The notes under the pieces were generated by a model. That model did not search any database and had not been told where the DNA came from. It was given only the letters and a program-made list of their open reading frames with translations. Below, one piece after another: positions 53,409 to 63,295 of a stretch of DNA of 64,000 nucleotides; position 1 is the first letter of the stretch, and every line of letters starts with the position of its first letter. The stretch comes from a virus (lineage: Duplodnaviria; Caudoviricetes): positions 96,001-160,000 of IMG/VR virus record IMGVR_UViG_3300037312_000330, one strand, 5' to 3'. A program made the position numbers and the translations under genes.

Positions 53409-54083
53409 ATGAACGAATTCTTCACTCCAATCTTCAACTTCGATCTTCCTCTGACGGACCTCGTGTGTCTCAAGGACATAGTCTATGGTCATCTGCTTAG
53501 TCGACACGGAGACCTAATCGACTACCGTAAGTTCATGAACCAGCACGGTCCTGTGGGATACGATAGTCCTGCTCGCGACTGGTACTCGGTAGTGTTCAGC
53601 CGCAAGAATAATTTCGGCGGCTCGGAGTTCGTTGCTGACTTCATAAGCAAGGTGCAGCGTCGCATCCAAGAGTCCGGTCTACCAACGTTCGCAGGAGACT
53701 ACCTACAGATCCACGTCACCAACACACGAGGGGACAGTTCCCACGTTATCGTTCCGCCACACCGGGATGTAAATAGGATGGCAGGGCTGAACTTTTCCGT
53801 GTGGAACACATCCGGCTCCGCTACCACTTTCTGGGAGGACTTCAGAGTCAAAAGTGGGCAGATCACAGTGCAGGAGTCGCTTGCTCCGGAGTCAGAATTC
53901 CTCGTCCAGCGTGCAGCGATAGAGTATGGCCCATCGTCTGCGTACCTGATCGATGCAACCCAACTACATGGAGTGCGAACCGCTCCATCAAACGTGCCAC
54001 GATTCGTGGCCGCTTACGCATTCCGCCGCGAGGGACAAAGCGTCCCATATGCGGAACTTGCACCCTTGATCCGCTATCCTTAA
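53409..54083 (+). CDS. putative 2OG-Fe(II)/cupin-fold dioxygenase
   Basis: PHRD (HxD), distal LHGV and RF motif. Confidence 0.6.
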   Translation: MNEFFTPIFNFDLPLTDLVCLKDIVYGHLLSRHGDLIDYRKFMNQHGPVGYDSPARDWYSVVFSRKNNFGGSEFVADFISKVQRRIQESGLPTFAGDYLQIHVTNTRGDSSHVIVPPHRDVNRMAGLNFSVWNTSGSATTFWEDFRVKSGQITVQESLAPESEFLVQRAAIEYGPSSAYLIDATQLHGVRTAPSNVPRFVAAYAFRREGQSVPYAELAPLIRYP

Positions 54084-54099
54084 CCACATCTGCAACAAT

Positions 54100-54462
54100 A
54101 TGTCCAACGAACAACCGCAGTCCTTGACAATCAAACAGCAGATGGAGCGTGGGCGATGCATTGCCCGTCTCTATATAGCCGCTCAACACCTGAGCGAAAC
54201 AGCCAGCATTGCAGCCTTGGAATTGCTGGATACTGCCACTCAATGGGAACAGAGAGGATTCTACCAGGAGATGGCGAAGTCTCCGTATCCGGTCCGTTGT
54301 CGTGAGAGTCGCGGTCCGCTGGATCCAGCCCCAGCTTTCTTGCACATCATCCGGCACAAGTTCCACAGCAACGATTCGGCTGAACGCATCAAGGCCATGA
54401 CCACGCCACCGTGGTTGCGTGCGGACGAACCGCAGACGACCACTGCGGATGCCAAACTTTGA
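54100..54462 (+). CDS. hypothetical protein
   Basis: ORF track. Confidence 0.65.
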   Translation: MSNEQPQSLTIKQQMERGRCIARLYIAAQHLSETASIAALELLDTATQWEQRGFYQEMAKSPYPVRCRESRGPLDPAPAFLHIIRHKFHSNDSAERIKAMTTPPWLRADEPQTTTADAKL

Positions 54463-54495
54463 ATCTTCTGGTTCGTGCCCTTAAGGACTGAAAAA

Positions 54496-55035
54496 ATGAA
54501 TTACGGCAACTACGACACCGAAGGAATCCTCGACAAACCGGGATTGACTGGCTACTACATGGAGAAGCTCCGCAAGGGCGAGGACTTTCGCTTCTGTGGG
54601 CAACACGCCAAACTCGCAGCTCAGAAACTGCTTGAAGCCGATCAAGCGTTTAAGCTGCGGAACTACCGCACCCTCGATCCGATGAAGACTCCCAAGTTGA
54701 CGCCTGAAGAGGAGGAGGCAGCGATCCAGAAGGCCATCGAGCGAATCCCTTCCAAATACACGCGTTCCAACGTGTTCCATGCTGTTCGCAGGCATCTGTT
54801 GCCGAGGAACGCATCTCTAGGTGAGTACGTGACGGTCCCGTACTGGTTCATGCAAGGGTGGTGTCAAGTGGGTGGGTTCGTCGTCCGTATCGTGGATAAG
54901 GAAGATGGACGTGCTCTCATCATTCGACTGCGAGACAGTTGGAACAGCTTTACCCCGGATGAAGGCAACGGCTTCGGCTGGAGGTACGTGACCCTTTGGA
55001 TGCACAATGGTAGTGCAGCGTCGGGATTCTGCTGA
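54496..55035 (+). CDS. hypothetical protein
   Basis: ATG 54496 after TAAGGA. Confidence 0.7.
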   Translation: MNYGNYDTEGILDKPGLTGYYMEKLRKGEDFRFCGQHAKLAAQKLLEADQAFKLRNYRTLDPMKTPKLTPEEEEAAIQKAIERIPSKYTRSNVFHAVRRHLLPRNASLGEYVTVPYWFMQGWCQVGGFVVRIVDKEDGRALIIRLRDSWNSFTPDEGNGFGWRYVTLWMHNGSAASGFC

Positions 55036-55044
55036 AAGACGAGA

Positions 55045-55251
55045 ATGACCACACTACATACCTGCATTGGTTCTATCGTTCTGGTCATAGTATTTGCTGT
55101 GACCGCTGGTCTCTTACAAGACTTCAACTTACCTAGCACATCACTGGCGTGTGTCGCTATGTCAATCATGTTTGCGTTCATCGCATTCGTATCAGCTCTC
55201 GAGCATGGAGATAGAGATAGAGATAGATTCAGTTGTATGAAGAGGAAATGA
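55045..55251 (+). CDS. small membrane protein
   Basis: Two hydrophobic helices. Confidence 0.6.
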   Translation: MTTLHTCIGSIVLVIVFAVTAGLLQDFNLPSTSLACVAMSIMFAFIAFVSALEHGDRDRDRFSCMKRK

Positions 55252-55252
55252 A

Positions 55253-56110
55253 ATGAGAATCGTTTCCAACTTCAAAGATTATTACGATGTCCTGCAGGAT
55301 CCTACTGACAAGGACCTAACATATGTCCGGATGAAGAAGCTTCTGACGCCGGAAGACCCGGTTTCAAGAGAGTTGCTTCTGTACAGATTCGAGGTTCCTG
55401 AGACATTTGAGTGGAGACACCATCGTAAGATGGGACAAGACCTAGCCGATCGTGTATCCAGAGAATGGAACGGACAGATTGTGCCGACATACGAGGATCC
55501 ACGTGTAGGTCATGGATACTATCCCAGCTACTCACGTTTCCAGTCGGTAGTGGTGTTGTTCTGTGGAAAGCTCTACACAGGCATCCGCTACAACGAACGC
55601 TGGCGCGGTCTAGCAGGTAGATCGGACGCGACTTTCTTCGCAACCACAGACGGCATGGTCAGTAAAGTCTATTGGAATGCACAGTCCTTTGCTGGTGACT
55701 TCCATCAAGTGAGTCGCAATGGTAAGCCCATTACGGATCCATCCCAACTACGTTCCGGAAACACCACGCTCTCACGACTTAACCAGCAGTCGAACAGAAC
55801 GTTGATGGATCTTCATTTCAAGACAGGGTGTCCGGTGCTCGCCCTGGAAAAGGAACCCGAACCCAAACTTGGTGCTAGTGGTCAACGTCGTCGTGAGATA
55901 GTGGCCGCTTTGAATCCGAATCTGCGCGATCTGCAGTTCTTCCGAATCGTGGATGTAAACATCGCCTTCCAGGAGCTTTCTATGTTCCTTGGTGGTGTTC
56001 TCGCCAACAACGACAGGCCTGAACCTGTGGACAACAAGTACAAGATCCTGGCACACGGATTCGATCTCAAGGAGTCCTTCCGAAAAGGACCGACGAAGGA
56101 ACACAGATGA
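55253..56110 (+). CDS. conserved phage protein (RI.S.F.DYYD...HGFD.K.SFRK)
   Basis: 285-aa ORF with recalled terminal motifs. Confidence 0.75.
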   Translation: MRIVSNFKDYYDVLQDPTDKDLTYVRMKKLLTPEDPVSRELLLYRFEVPETFEWRHHRKMGQDLADRVSREWNGQIVPTYEDPRVGHGYYPSYSRFQSVVVLFCGKLYTGIRYNERWRGLAGRSDATFFATTDGMVSKVYWNAQSFAGDFHQVSRNGKPITDPSQLRSGNTTLSRLNQQSNRTLMDLHFKTGCPVLALEKEPEPKLGASGQRRREIVAALNPNLRDLQFFRIVDVNIAFQELSMFLGGVLANNDRPEPVDNKYKILAHGFDLKESFRKGPTKEHR

Positions 56111-56295
56111 AAAGTCTCCTGACGTTCACCATTGTGTGCAGCGGAATGGCATTCCTCTTTGGTATGCTCGGATTCGCAGACCAAAGCAGTGCTTCTGTCA
56201 TGTTCAAAATCCTCTTTGGCGCCACTCTGGCGGTGGCATTTATCAGTGCCTTCGCTTGGATCTTTCTGGTAGTTAAGAGTGAGGAGCACAGATGA
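56107..56295 (+). CDS. DUF1328/YtjA-like small membrane protein
   Basis: AFLFGMLGF...ASVMFKILF...AFIS pattern. Confidence 0.5.
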   Translation: MKSLLTFTIVCSGMAFLFGMLGFADQSSASVMFKILFGATLAVAFISAFAWIFLVVKSEEHR

Positions 56296-56414
56296 AACTT
56301 CTCACAGATCTAGGGTTTGGCAAGGTCTTGGTTACTATCCAGAACGCAGATTGGGAAATCGAAGAAGCGTTGAACAACATGCGGAATAAAGCGAAAGAAG
56401 CAAATGTCAAGTAA
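56292..56414 (+). CDS. 40-aa hypothetical protein
   Basis: ATGA overlap, SD GAGGAG. Confidence 0.5.
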   Translation: MKLLTDLGFGKVLVTIQNADWEIEEALNNMRNKAKEANVK

Positions 56415-56979
56415 AGAATCTGTCTTCTTCATCACGGCGTTCGACGACTCTTGGCTGGAGCGCAAACGCGCGTTCACCGGCAAGCGACCTGGACATCCAT
56501 TCATCGAACCGGTGACTGACCGCGATGATTGCGAAGGTAAGGTACGTATTGCACGCATCCGTGACGACGGAGTGAAGCTCTACTACAATGGTCCAAACAT
56601 CGGCTCGTGGTTCCGAGCTGGTGGCAACATTATGGAACGAGAGAAAGCCGAGAAACGTCTCGAGATGCTAGAGTGGGCGGCTGGTCCTTATGGATACTAT
56701 GGTCACACCCATGATCGTTGCTTCATGATGCAGGATACACTAGAACAAGCGGTGAATTCTGTGATCAACAACTCCGGCGACATGCACGAGTTCCTATACA
56801 CTTGGATCGTGATTCAAGAATGTGGACCTAACGTCGACGGTTTCGAGAACGACGGTCAGACTTGGTTCAAATGGGAATATAGTTCCGCCTCGGAACATGC
56901 ACCATACGGAGGTCATTGGGTGCGGGCGGATCGTCCAGAAGAGACCAAACACATTCTGGCATTCACTCCTGTAGGATAA
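56404..56979 (+). CDS. hypothetical protein
   Basis: 191-aa ORF. Confidence 0.75.
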   Translation: MSSKESVFFITAFDDSWLERKRAFTGKRPGHPFIEPVTDRDDCEGKVRIARIRDDGVKLYYNGPNIGSWFRAGGNIMEREKAEKRLEMLEWAAGPYGYYGHTHDRCFMMQDTLEQAVNSVINNSGDMHEFLYTWIVIQECGPNVDGFENDGQTWFKWEYSSASEHAPYGGHWVRADRPEETKHILAFTPVG

Positions 56980-56985
56980 TCTACG

Positions 56986-57258
56986 ATGAAGCACATTAAG
57001 TCTGCTGGATTGTTCTTCATTAAGCTGCTCGTGTACTTTGGTTTGATGGAAACATGGTGTCTGTTGTGGGTGTATTGGCCTCTGTTCAAGAGGGAACACC
57101 CGTGGAAACGGAATTGGCCCACCAGACCAATGCCGTTTATCAATTGGTGCGAGCATGCAACACCGACGCTTCTCGAACTGTCTGGTTGTCTATTCGCTTC
57201 CACTCTTAGTGTATTGATAGTTCTTGTCATTCTAACATATAGACACGCCTATGGGTGA
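56986..57258 (+). CDS. membrane protein
   Basis: Hydrophobic ORF. Confidence 0.6.
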   Translation: MKHIKSAGLFFIKLLVYFGLMETWCLLWVYWPLFKREHPWKRNWPTRPMPFINWCEHATPTLLELSGCLFASTLSVLIVLVILTYRHAYG

Positions 57259-57595
57259 CTGTCCTAAAACGTTGAAAGAACAGTTCGATGAGTTTATCAT
57301 CGAGTTCGATGCACAACGAGCCAAACGTGGTCTGGGGAAGATCTTGCCAACTGGACGTAGACTTCCTCGACCGTCAATCAAGGTCAAAGACTTAAGTCCC
57401 GAAGAACTTGAAGCCAAGTTGGAAGAGTATCGTTCGAAGCTGCATGGTTTCGATCGTCATTACGAACGGTCAGATGACCCATCTGTGTACCGTAGTGGAA
57501 AGAGAGCATTCGATGAGCTGATGTCTCTTAGAGCACTAGTCGACAAGGACTTTGCCATATGGGACGAGTTCTTTGAGGGTAAGAATCGTTTTTAA
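57251..57595 (+). CDS. hypothetical protein
   Basis: ORF track. Confidence 0.7.
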   Translation: MGDCPKTLKEQFDEFIIEFDAQRAKRGLGKILPTGRRLPRPSIKVKDLSPEELEAKLEEYRSKLHGFDRHYERSDDPSVYRSGKRAFDELMSLRALVDKDFAIWDEFFEGKNRF

Positions 57596-57602
57596 GAGGA
57601 AA

Positions 57603-57857
57603 ATGAATAATATGTCTACGACGAAGAAGACTGTGTACAAACGTGTGCAACGACTTGATCCACTGACTAGCACCGTGTTGAAGGATTACGCGACTGAACA
57701 CTGCCTGACATCGGAACAAGTTCGGAGCGCTGAACACGAGCTGAAGCACCGTCAAGCCAACAAGAACGTCGTCAGTATGACGGCAGCCGAACTATATCCA
57801 CCGCGTGTCAAGAATCGCAGCAAGCGTGGCTGGACCACTCCTATCAAGAAGGGTTGA
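57603..57857 (+). CDS. hypothetical protein
   Basis: ATG 57603 after GAGGA. Confidence 0.65.
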   Translation: MNNMSTTKKTVYKRVQRLDPLTSTVLKDYATEHCLTSEQVRSAEHELKHRQANKNVVSMTAAELYPPRVKNRSKRGWTTPIKKG

Positions 57858-57859
57858 AC

Positions 57860-58222
57860 ATGCCGTGCCTAGGACCTGATACACGTGAGGAAGACTACGC
57901 ACGCTTCAACAGGGAGATCAACTTCCTGTCGCGTGCCCTCTGTGCTACCCTGACTTTCCTCGAATCGAAAGGAGAGTCAGCTACTAAGGAATATCTGAGG
58001 TGGCTTCTCAAGAAGGAGAACTGCGAAGAGCACGCCGTCACAGCAGACGAGATCGTCGACTGGTGGGAGAACCACAAGGCACAGGATCGCGAGAGACGCA
58101 AGCGTCAGGCGGCTGAAGACGAGGAGAAGCGTATCCGATCAGAAGCCCTTTCCAAATTGTCGAACAAGGAACGTGCTGCACTCGGACTACCGCTCCGCAC
58201 CAAAAAGAAAGTGCGACAATGA
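57860..58222 (+). CDS. hypothetical protein
   Basis: ATG 57860 (MPC...). Confidence 0.7.
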   Translation: MPCLGPDTREEDYARFNREINFLSRALCATLTFLESKGESATKEYLRWLLKKENCEEHAVTADEIVDWWENHKAQDRERRKRQAAEDEEKRIRSEALSKLSNKERAALGLPLRTKKKVRQ

Positions 58223-58425
58223 AGCTTGTCCAAGCAAAGGTGGAGAAGAAAAGTCCACCTTACACTAAACTACGGGCACAGGAATGTGTCCAACTATCAA
58301 AATCGGAAGCCCGTAAGCTTCTTAAAGAGATCAAGCCGCATATAGCGGGACACGTAGTCGGTGAGTATCCTATTCTTGAGGAACTTGCCCGTTTGGTACA
58401 AGTTGACTTAGGACTAGTCTCATGA
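58219..58425 (+). CDS. hypothetical protein
   Basis: ATGA overlap. Confidence 0.55.
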   Translation: MKLVQAKVEKKSPPYTKLRAQECVQLSKSEARKLLKEIKPHIAGHVVGEYPILEELARLVQVDLGLVS

Positions 58426-58521
58426 AAAACAGTGACCATGAAGGACGTACAAGAGTACCTCAAGAACAATTCGCCAAGTTGGTGCAGATGACCAATGAGG
58501 CACACGGAAGGAAGGTCTGAC

Positions 58522-58809
58522 GTGGCAGACTTCTGCAGACAATGTAGTCTAGTGCTGTTTGGCAGAGACCTTAAGGAGCTTGCGAACACTGGATGCACTG
58601 CCAAGCTCAATGACAAGAACGAGTACGATGTCCGACCTGACTGGAAGGAAGGTGAGGAGGGCAAGTATCTGGGCACCTTCACCTGCGTCTTGTGTGAAGG
58701 TTGTGGTCCAATCCAAGTCGACGCGGATGGCAACTGTGTGTCTGAGGATTGCATTGGCGATCACAGGACGTTCGTCGACTTCGAAATCAACAACGTGTCA
58801 ATTTCGTGA
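58522..58809 (+). CDS. Cys-rich conserved phage protein (ADFCxQCS...LCEGCG)
   Basis: GTG 58522 after GAAGG. Confidence 0.7.
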   Translation: MADFCRQCSLVLFGRDLKELANTGCTAKLNDKNEYDVRPDWKEGEEGKYLGTFTCVLCEGCGPIQVDADGNCVSEDCIGDHRTFVDFEINNVSIS

Positions 58810-58819
58810 AGGAAAGCGA

Positions 58820-59122
58820 ATGAGCAACTTTATCCCGGTTCTGAATCCAATCGAGAAGTTCGAAGCTCACGTTCACTCAGATGATAGAATGTGCTTCAGC
58901 TTCCCGGAACGACGCAACGGTTCTTGGAGCAAACAACAGCTACTTAAAATCGATGGTCACTGCTACGCTGCGGCCTACTACAACTACACATGGTCTTGGT
59001 ATATCTTCGATGTTGAATCCGGAGCAGAGGCCTTTGATCACGTATCTCCGAAGATCTTCGAGCGCCATTTTGCGCATCGCAAGATCGCTGATCTTAAGGA
59101 AGCTGCGCCTGGAGAGTGCTGA
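58820..59122 (+). CDS. hypothetical protein
   Basis: ATG 58820 after AAGGA. Confidence 0.65.
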   Translation: MSNFIPVLNPIEKFEAHVHSDDRMCFSFPERRNGSWSKQQLLKIDGHCYAAAYYNYTWSWYIFDVESGAEAFDHVSPKIFERHFAHRKIADLKEAAPGEC

Positions 59123-59126
59123 ACAC

Positions 59127-59318
59127 ATGAAACTTGCATCTAACCTAAAACCTAAGTACTGCGAGACATTCATTCATCTACTCGCAGTAAACGTGGACAA
59201 CAAAGAGATCGATGAGAAACAGTTTCGACAATTCGTGCGAAACAGTTTGGAGATCTTTGAACAAGGGGAAGTCGGTGCCGCGCCAATCACCAGAGAAACT
59301 CGTCATTCCAGCCCCTAA
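59127..59318 (+). CDS. hypothetical protein
   Basis: ATG 59127 after GGAG. Confidence 0.55.
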   Translation: MKLASNLKPKYCETFIHLLAVNVDNKEIDEKQFRQFVRNSLEIFEQGEVGAAPITRETRHSSP

Positions 59319-59423
59319 GAAGCGACATAAGGAACTCTTCTCAGGTGCGTTCAAACCAAAGGTGGGACCTTCCGACAAGAAGGTCTTCAAGCGAAAACCA
59401 AAGCATCAAGGAAAGGAGGGACA

Positions 59424-59663
59424 ATGATCGTATGTCCAAGCTGTAAGTACACGCACGGTTCCGGATTCACTGGTGGTACAAACGGTGAATGGAAACAGAT
59501 CAACGGACGTCACGGTGAATTTTATAAACTCCCGGTTAAGATGGAGCAAGACGATTACGGATCACCTAATAGGACGGACATCTTAGGATGTCCAAATTGT
59601 GGTCAGATGTTCATGGAAGGGCGTTGGCCCAATGAGAAGCAATCTCAACAACCGGAATCCTGA
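59424..59663 (+). CDS. zinc-ribbon protein
   Basis: CPSC...CPNC; SD GGAGG. Confidence 0.7.
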   Translation: MIVCPSCKYTHGSGFTGGTNGEWKQINGRHGEFYKLPVKMEQDDYGSPNRTDILGCPNCGQMFMEGRWPNEKQSQQPES

Positions 59664-59682
59664 TCAGATCAAGGACAAAAAG

Positions 59683-59734
59683 AAAAGCCCCACTCAGCTC
59701 TTCCGCAAACACGCGGAGGCCGGGTGGGGCTTTT
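59683..59734. terminator. bidirectional terminator between convergent blocks
   Basis: AAAAGCCCCAC / GTGGGGCTTTT with A- and T-tracts. Confidence 0.8.
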
Positions 59735-59757
59735 GACGTTTTGGAACCAGATTTCTA

Positions 59758-60492
59758 TCAGGCCGCAGCGACTGCTTTCTTCTTTGCTGCAAGTACCTTC
59801 TTCAGATACGCGATGATCTTTGGCTTATCCTCGTATTGCTTGCTGAGGAACGCCAGATCTACGCGCTTAAGGCTGCTTCCCAGTCGTTTGATGTCAGCCA
59901 GAATTTGCGTGTCCGTCTTCTCATCTCTAGATGCAGCCGCAACAAGATTCTGCACCTTGATGCTAGGACTACGCTTCGACGTATCTTCCTTAACTTTGGC
60001 CTTCTGTTCAGACTTCTTCTTGGCAGCTACCTTGCCCTTCTCTGTAGATATCTCGAAGAATTCTTCATCATCGTCTTCACCGACTCCAGAATTGGTTTCC
60101 TCTACGATGCCGGCCTTCTTCAGAGCCATCTTGGCCTTCTGTTCATCGTTCCTGAGTCGCACTTGTTCTTCCTTAGCCTCTTCTGTGGAAAGGAGAACTG
60201 CCGCGTACTCTGGAGTGATCAGCCTAAGGAACTTCTTACCAATAGTCTGTCGGAAGTCGGAACTATCCAGTAGTTGGCTGCGAGTTACTTGCAGCGTCAG
60301 ATCGAAAGGAATGAACGATCTCGGGATTCTGATCACATCCGAACCGTTTCCGTTCTTCTTTGCGATGCTTACCACCACTTTGCCCTCCAGAGCATCGCGA
60401 GTGTTATTCAGCACCCATACTGGACCCTTTTCCGATTGTTCCAGTTCTTCGATTGTCGTGTATTTGCGTCCACGAGAGATTTCAGTCGCCAT
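59758..60492 (-). CDS. hypothetical protein
   Basis: 244-aa ORF on - strand. Confidence 0.8.
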   Translation of the reverse strand: MATEISRGRKYTTIEELEQSEKGPVWVLNNTRDALEGKVVVSIAKKNGNGSDVIRIPRSFIPFDLTLQVTRSQLLDSSDFRQTIGKKFLRLITPEYAAVLLSTEEAKEEQVRLRNDEQKAKMALKKAGIVEETNSGVGEDDDEEFFEISTEKGKVAAKKKSEQKAKVKEDTSKRSPSIKVQNLVAAASRDEKTDTQILADIKRLGSSLKRVDLAFLSKQYEDKPKIIAYLKKVLAAKKKAVAAA

Positions 60493-60548
60493 AGATTTTC
60501 CTAGCTGTGTTTATGGGGTTGACGCCCGTGCCGTCCGTGACCGTTGTT

Positions 60549-61007
60549 CTACAGCTTGATCGTTGCCAACTGTTCTTTGATATCAGTTAGCGTAAATGCT
60601 GAACCCGTCCTTGAAGCCCATCCGGAATATCGGTTTTCTGACCAGAATTCTGTCTGCTGATTGTCGGTCAATCCGAACACCTTCCGAAGAACCTTACTTA
60701 CGTGGCTGTCGATTCCATTTACAGTTCCAGCCTCAGTCTTGTACCTCATACGTAGGGCTGGGAACGACGATTTCACGAAATCCGCGTACCTGTCAACGGC
60801 TAGACCAATTTTAATGGCGCGCACACTTTGATTTATTGCTGTCTTTACTTTGTAGACCTTTTCACCTTTGAGTTCGGCAATAGTTCTCGGCTCTACATTG
60901 TCTTCTGTCAGTTCGGTAAATCCACATCCACCAGTCGCTGTCTTGTATTGGCACTTGGCTGGACACACGCTTACCGTTAGCTCGGCTTGAATCATGTGGC
61001 AGAACAT
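60549..61007 (-). CDS. hypothetical protein, N-terminal Cys cluster
   Basis: CPAKC..C; ORF track. Confidence 0.7.
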   Translation of the reverse strand: MFCHMIQAELTVSVCPAKCQYKTATGGCGFTELTEDNVEPRTIAELKGEKVYKVKTAINQSVRAIKIGLAVDRYADFVKSSFPALRMRYKTEAGTVNGIDSHVSKVLRKVFGLTDNQQTEFWSENRYSGWASRTGSAFTLTDIKEQLATIKL

Positions 61008-61008
61008 A

Positions 61009-61605
61009 CTATCTCTTTGTCTTCCTATTGACTAGTTTTGTTTTTGATGTCTTCTCGATCTGATCCACGATTCTGATCAGATCACGTTTACGCATTGTGC
61101 CGAAATCTTTCTCTGCGAACGCCTGATGGATAGCCCACACACCGATCAGGCTTGCGTCCAGTTGGTGTGGAGCTGTCTTGCAGATCTTGTATTCCTTATC
61201 CAGCTCCCACCCCTGACGCCGTACAGCGTTCTTCCACACCGCAGCCGGGATGTAACGATCCGGCATACATAGCGACTGAAGGAGACCTAACATCATGTTC
61301 ACAGACTCAATAGTCGGACCCTTGATTCCGCGCGTCATATACCGCTCGGCAAACAGTCCGCTAATTTCCCACTTTTTGACAGTGCTATACACCCAATCCA
61401 GATACAGGTCGCGTTGTTTCTGGCGGATTTTGTGGTCCTTCAGATTGTTCATTGGACACGGGCACAGACCATTTTCCAATATCCGGACACCGATCTTGTT
61501 GCCGTTCTTCTTACCCTCGACAATCGCATAACCGTAATTGCGCGACCCCGGATCATGTGCGAAGATCCGCAGGACACCGCGCTGTGCCGGATGTTTGGTT
61601 TTCAT
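61009..61605 (-). CDS. ruvC: RuvC-like Holliday junction resolvase
   Basis: FAHDPGSRNYGYAIV, AERY, HQLDASLIG catalytic motifs. Confidence 0.8.
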   Translation of the reverse strand: MKTKHPAQRGVLRIFAHDPGSRNYGYAIVEGKKNGNKIGVRILENGLCPCPMNNLKDHKIRQKQRDLYLDWVYSTVKKWEISGLFAERYMTRGIKGPTIESVNMMLGLLQSLCMPDRYIPAAVWKNAVRRQGWELDKEYKICKTAPHQLDASLIGVWAIHQAFAEKDFGTMRKRDLIRIVDQIEKTSKTKLVNRKTKR

Positions 61606-61640
61606 GATATACTTTACACGCCATGAAGGCGTCCCTTTCC

Positions 61641-61680
61641 TAATTTGATGCAGTCGCAGCGTGATCGCTGCATCAAATTA
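61641..61680. promoter_or_regulatory. 13-bp perfect inverted repeat in divergent intergenic region
   Basis: TAATTTGATGCAG 61641-53 / CTGCATCAAATTA 61668-80. Confidence 0.6.
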
Positions 61681-61693
61681 CTCGAGTTCTCAA

Positions 61694-62032
61694 ATGTCTA
61701 TACGCAACAGAATAGTAGCGATGTCACTGTCGTGGGCCGACACACTAAGCATGGTCACCAAGATCATGAAGGCCATCGACGAGACGAACCCACGAATGGT
61801 AAAGCACAATTTACTGGATGGTGCCCATGTGTACATCTTGCAGGCAGATCCGTTCAAGAAGAACTACGTCAGGGACACACTACTCGCTTATGGTATGCAT
61901 AGCGGCAGCAAGGCGGTGCGTGACAGGGAGACGCTCTTTCAGGTGAATCCTGCGGACAAGGAGCAAAGCCTGATCTTGACGTATTACAATCTGACCGGAC
62001 GTATCGAACTCTCTATCGTGACAGGTGCATAA
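61694..62032 (+). CDS. hypothetical protein
   Basis: In ORF 61661..62032; start uncertain. Confidence 0.7.
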   Translation: MSIRNRIVAMSLSWADTLSMVTKIMKAIDETNPRMVKHNLLDGAHVYILQADPFKKNYVRDTLLAYGMHSGSKAVRDRETLFQVNPADKEQSLILTYYNLTGRIELSIVTGA

Positions 62033-63295
62033 ATGCCATTCAAGCGCAGTTCCAATAACAGAATTCTACCGGCGAACAGTCGCAGTGTTGACGTAGCGAA
62101 GGCGATGTTGGACCGTGTGGTGCCTGTCCAGCAGCGTCGTTATGCGAATGCGTTTGAGGTCAATGGTTACGAAACGCTGCTGTATCAGAAGCTTCGACAT
62201 GGAGTTCCATGCAGTTGTCAGAATCATCGCGGAGCGGCCGCTACGATCCTAGATGAGAGTGGAAAGCTCCGTCCTGGACACATGGATGAACTGTTGACCG
62301 GTGGACTAAGCTTCCGCGTTCAACCATATGGAACTCGCGAGCCGATGCGTGGCGATCTGCGTGCCATCCGTGGTGCAGGACCAGCCGCTCACGAAGAGCA
62401 GATGTTCGACGGCGCCGAAGACGGTGTGCCGTTGGACGACTACGAGATCGAAGACGACTTTGAGAATCCGAACACTACGATCACACATGCTGATGATGGT
62501 GACGTAACAGACAATCAAGACAACGACAATGAGTTGGATGATGAGTCTGAGATCTTCGATGCTGAAGATTATGTCAACGATACCAAGTGCTGCATTTGTT
62601 TCGGGACCGGATGGGTCGGTGGATACAGTCTACTGAACGGTCTTAGAATGGTTCTAAGCACTCAGTGGGGTCCAAACAAACTGAGTATTGATGGAACGAT
62701 AGAAACAAAGCGTTCACCACATGCCTTCATGGCTACTCGCGTCGATTTCACTGCCGTCCTGCCGAAAGGTGTGGTAGGTGTTGATACGTTCCGCATTTGG
62801 AACAACGATCGGCAGACCTTCCCTAGCCAACTGTTGATAGATAACTTGCCATATTCTGTTGGTTTGCTACATGCGTTCTGCGACGGTAGGGAACACACCA
62901 TCAGCGTGCTACATGATCAACTTACATACTGGACGCATGCGGAACTACAGTTCAATCTGAGCACTCAGCGTGCGTTGTTCGAACTGCCGCGGAAAACCGA
63001 CGGGTCGAACATGCAACTTACGGAAGCAGCCGAAGACATGCAGATCAACGTGAGCCCACAAGTGCCGAACATCGAACGCGAGGACATCCTGGTTGAATGC
63101 ACGTTGGGCAAAGGTATGGTTGTTCAATCGGCTACCGACTGGAAGACAGCCAAGCGCGACATCCTAGGATGGGACGTCAACGTGCGTGTCCTGCAACCGA
63201 ACGAGATCGTGAACATGCTGCCTCGGCGCAGGTCCACACATCAGAAGTCCACATATATGGTAAGGGACAACATGGACGGAAGTAGGAGAGTCTGA
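62033..63295 (+). CDS. hypothetical protein, possibly virion neck/head-completion type
   Basis: CSC...CCICFGTGWVGGY motif split by an acidic insert; function guess only. Confidence 0.45.
   Translation: MPFKRSSNNRILPANSRSVDVAKAMLDRVVPVQQRRYANAFEVNGYETLLYQKLRHGVPCSCQNHRGAAATILDESGKLRPGHMDELLTGGLSFRVQPYGTREPMRGDLRAIRGAGPAAHEEQMFDGAEDGVPLDDYEIEDDFENPNTTITHADDGDVTDNQDNDNELDDESEIFDAEDYVNDTKCCICFGTGWVGGYSLLNGLRMVLSTQWGPNKLSIDGTIETKRSPHAFMATRVDFTAVLPKGVVGVDTFRIWNNDRQTFPSQLLIDNLPYSVGLLHAFCDGREHTISVLHDQLTYWTHAELQFNLSTQRALFELPRKTDGSNMQLTEAAEDMQINVSPQVPNIEREDILVECTLGKGMVVQSATDWKTAKRDILGWDVNVRVLQPNEIVNMLPRRRSTHQKSTYMVRDNMDGSRRV

Noticed and set aside
55208-55227. (GAGATA)3 microsatellite
   Set aside because: Short, encodes DRDRDR at a protein end; no sign of phase variation
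56292-56414. Second EF-Ts/UBA-like fragment (ADWEIEEALNNMR)
   Set aside because: Similarity covers only one short helix; not enough to call
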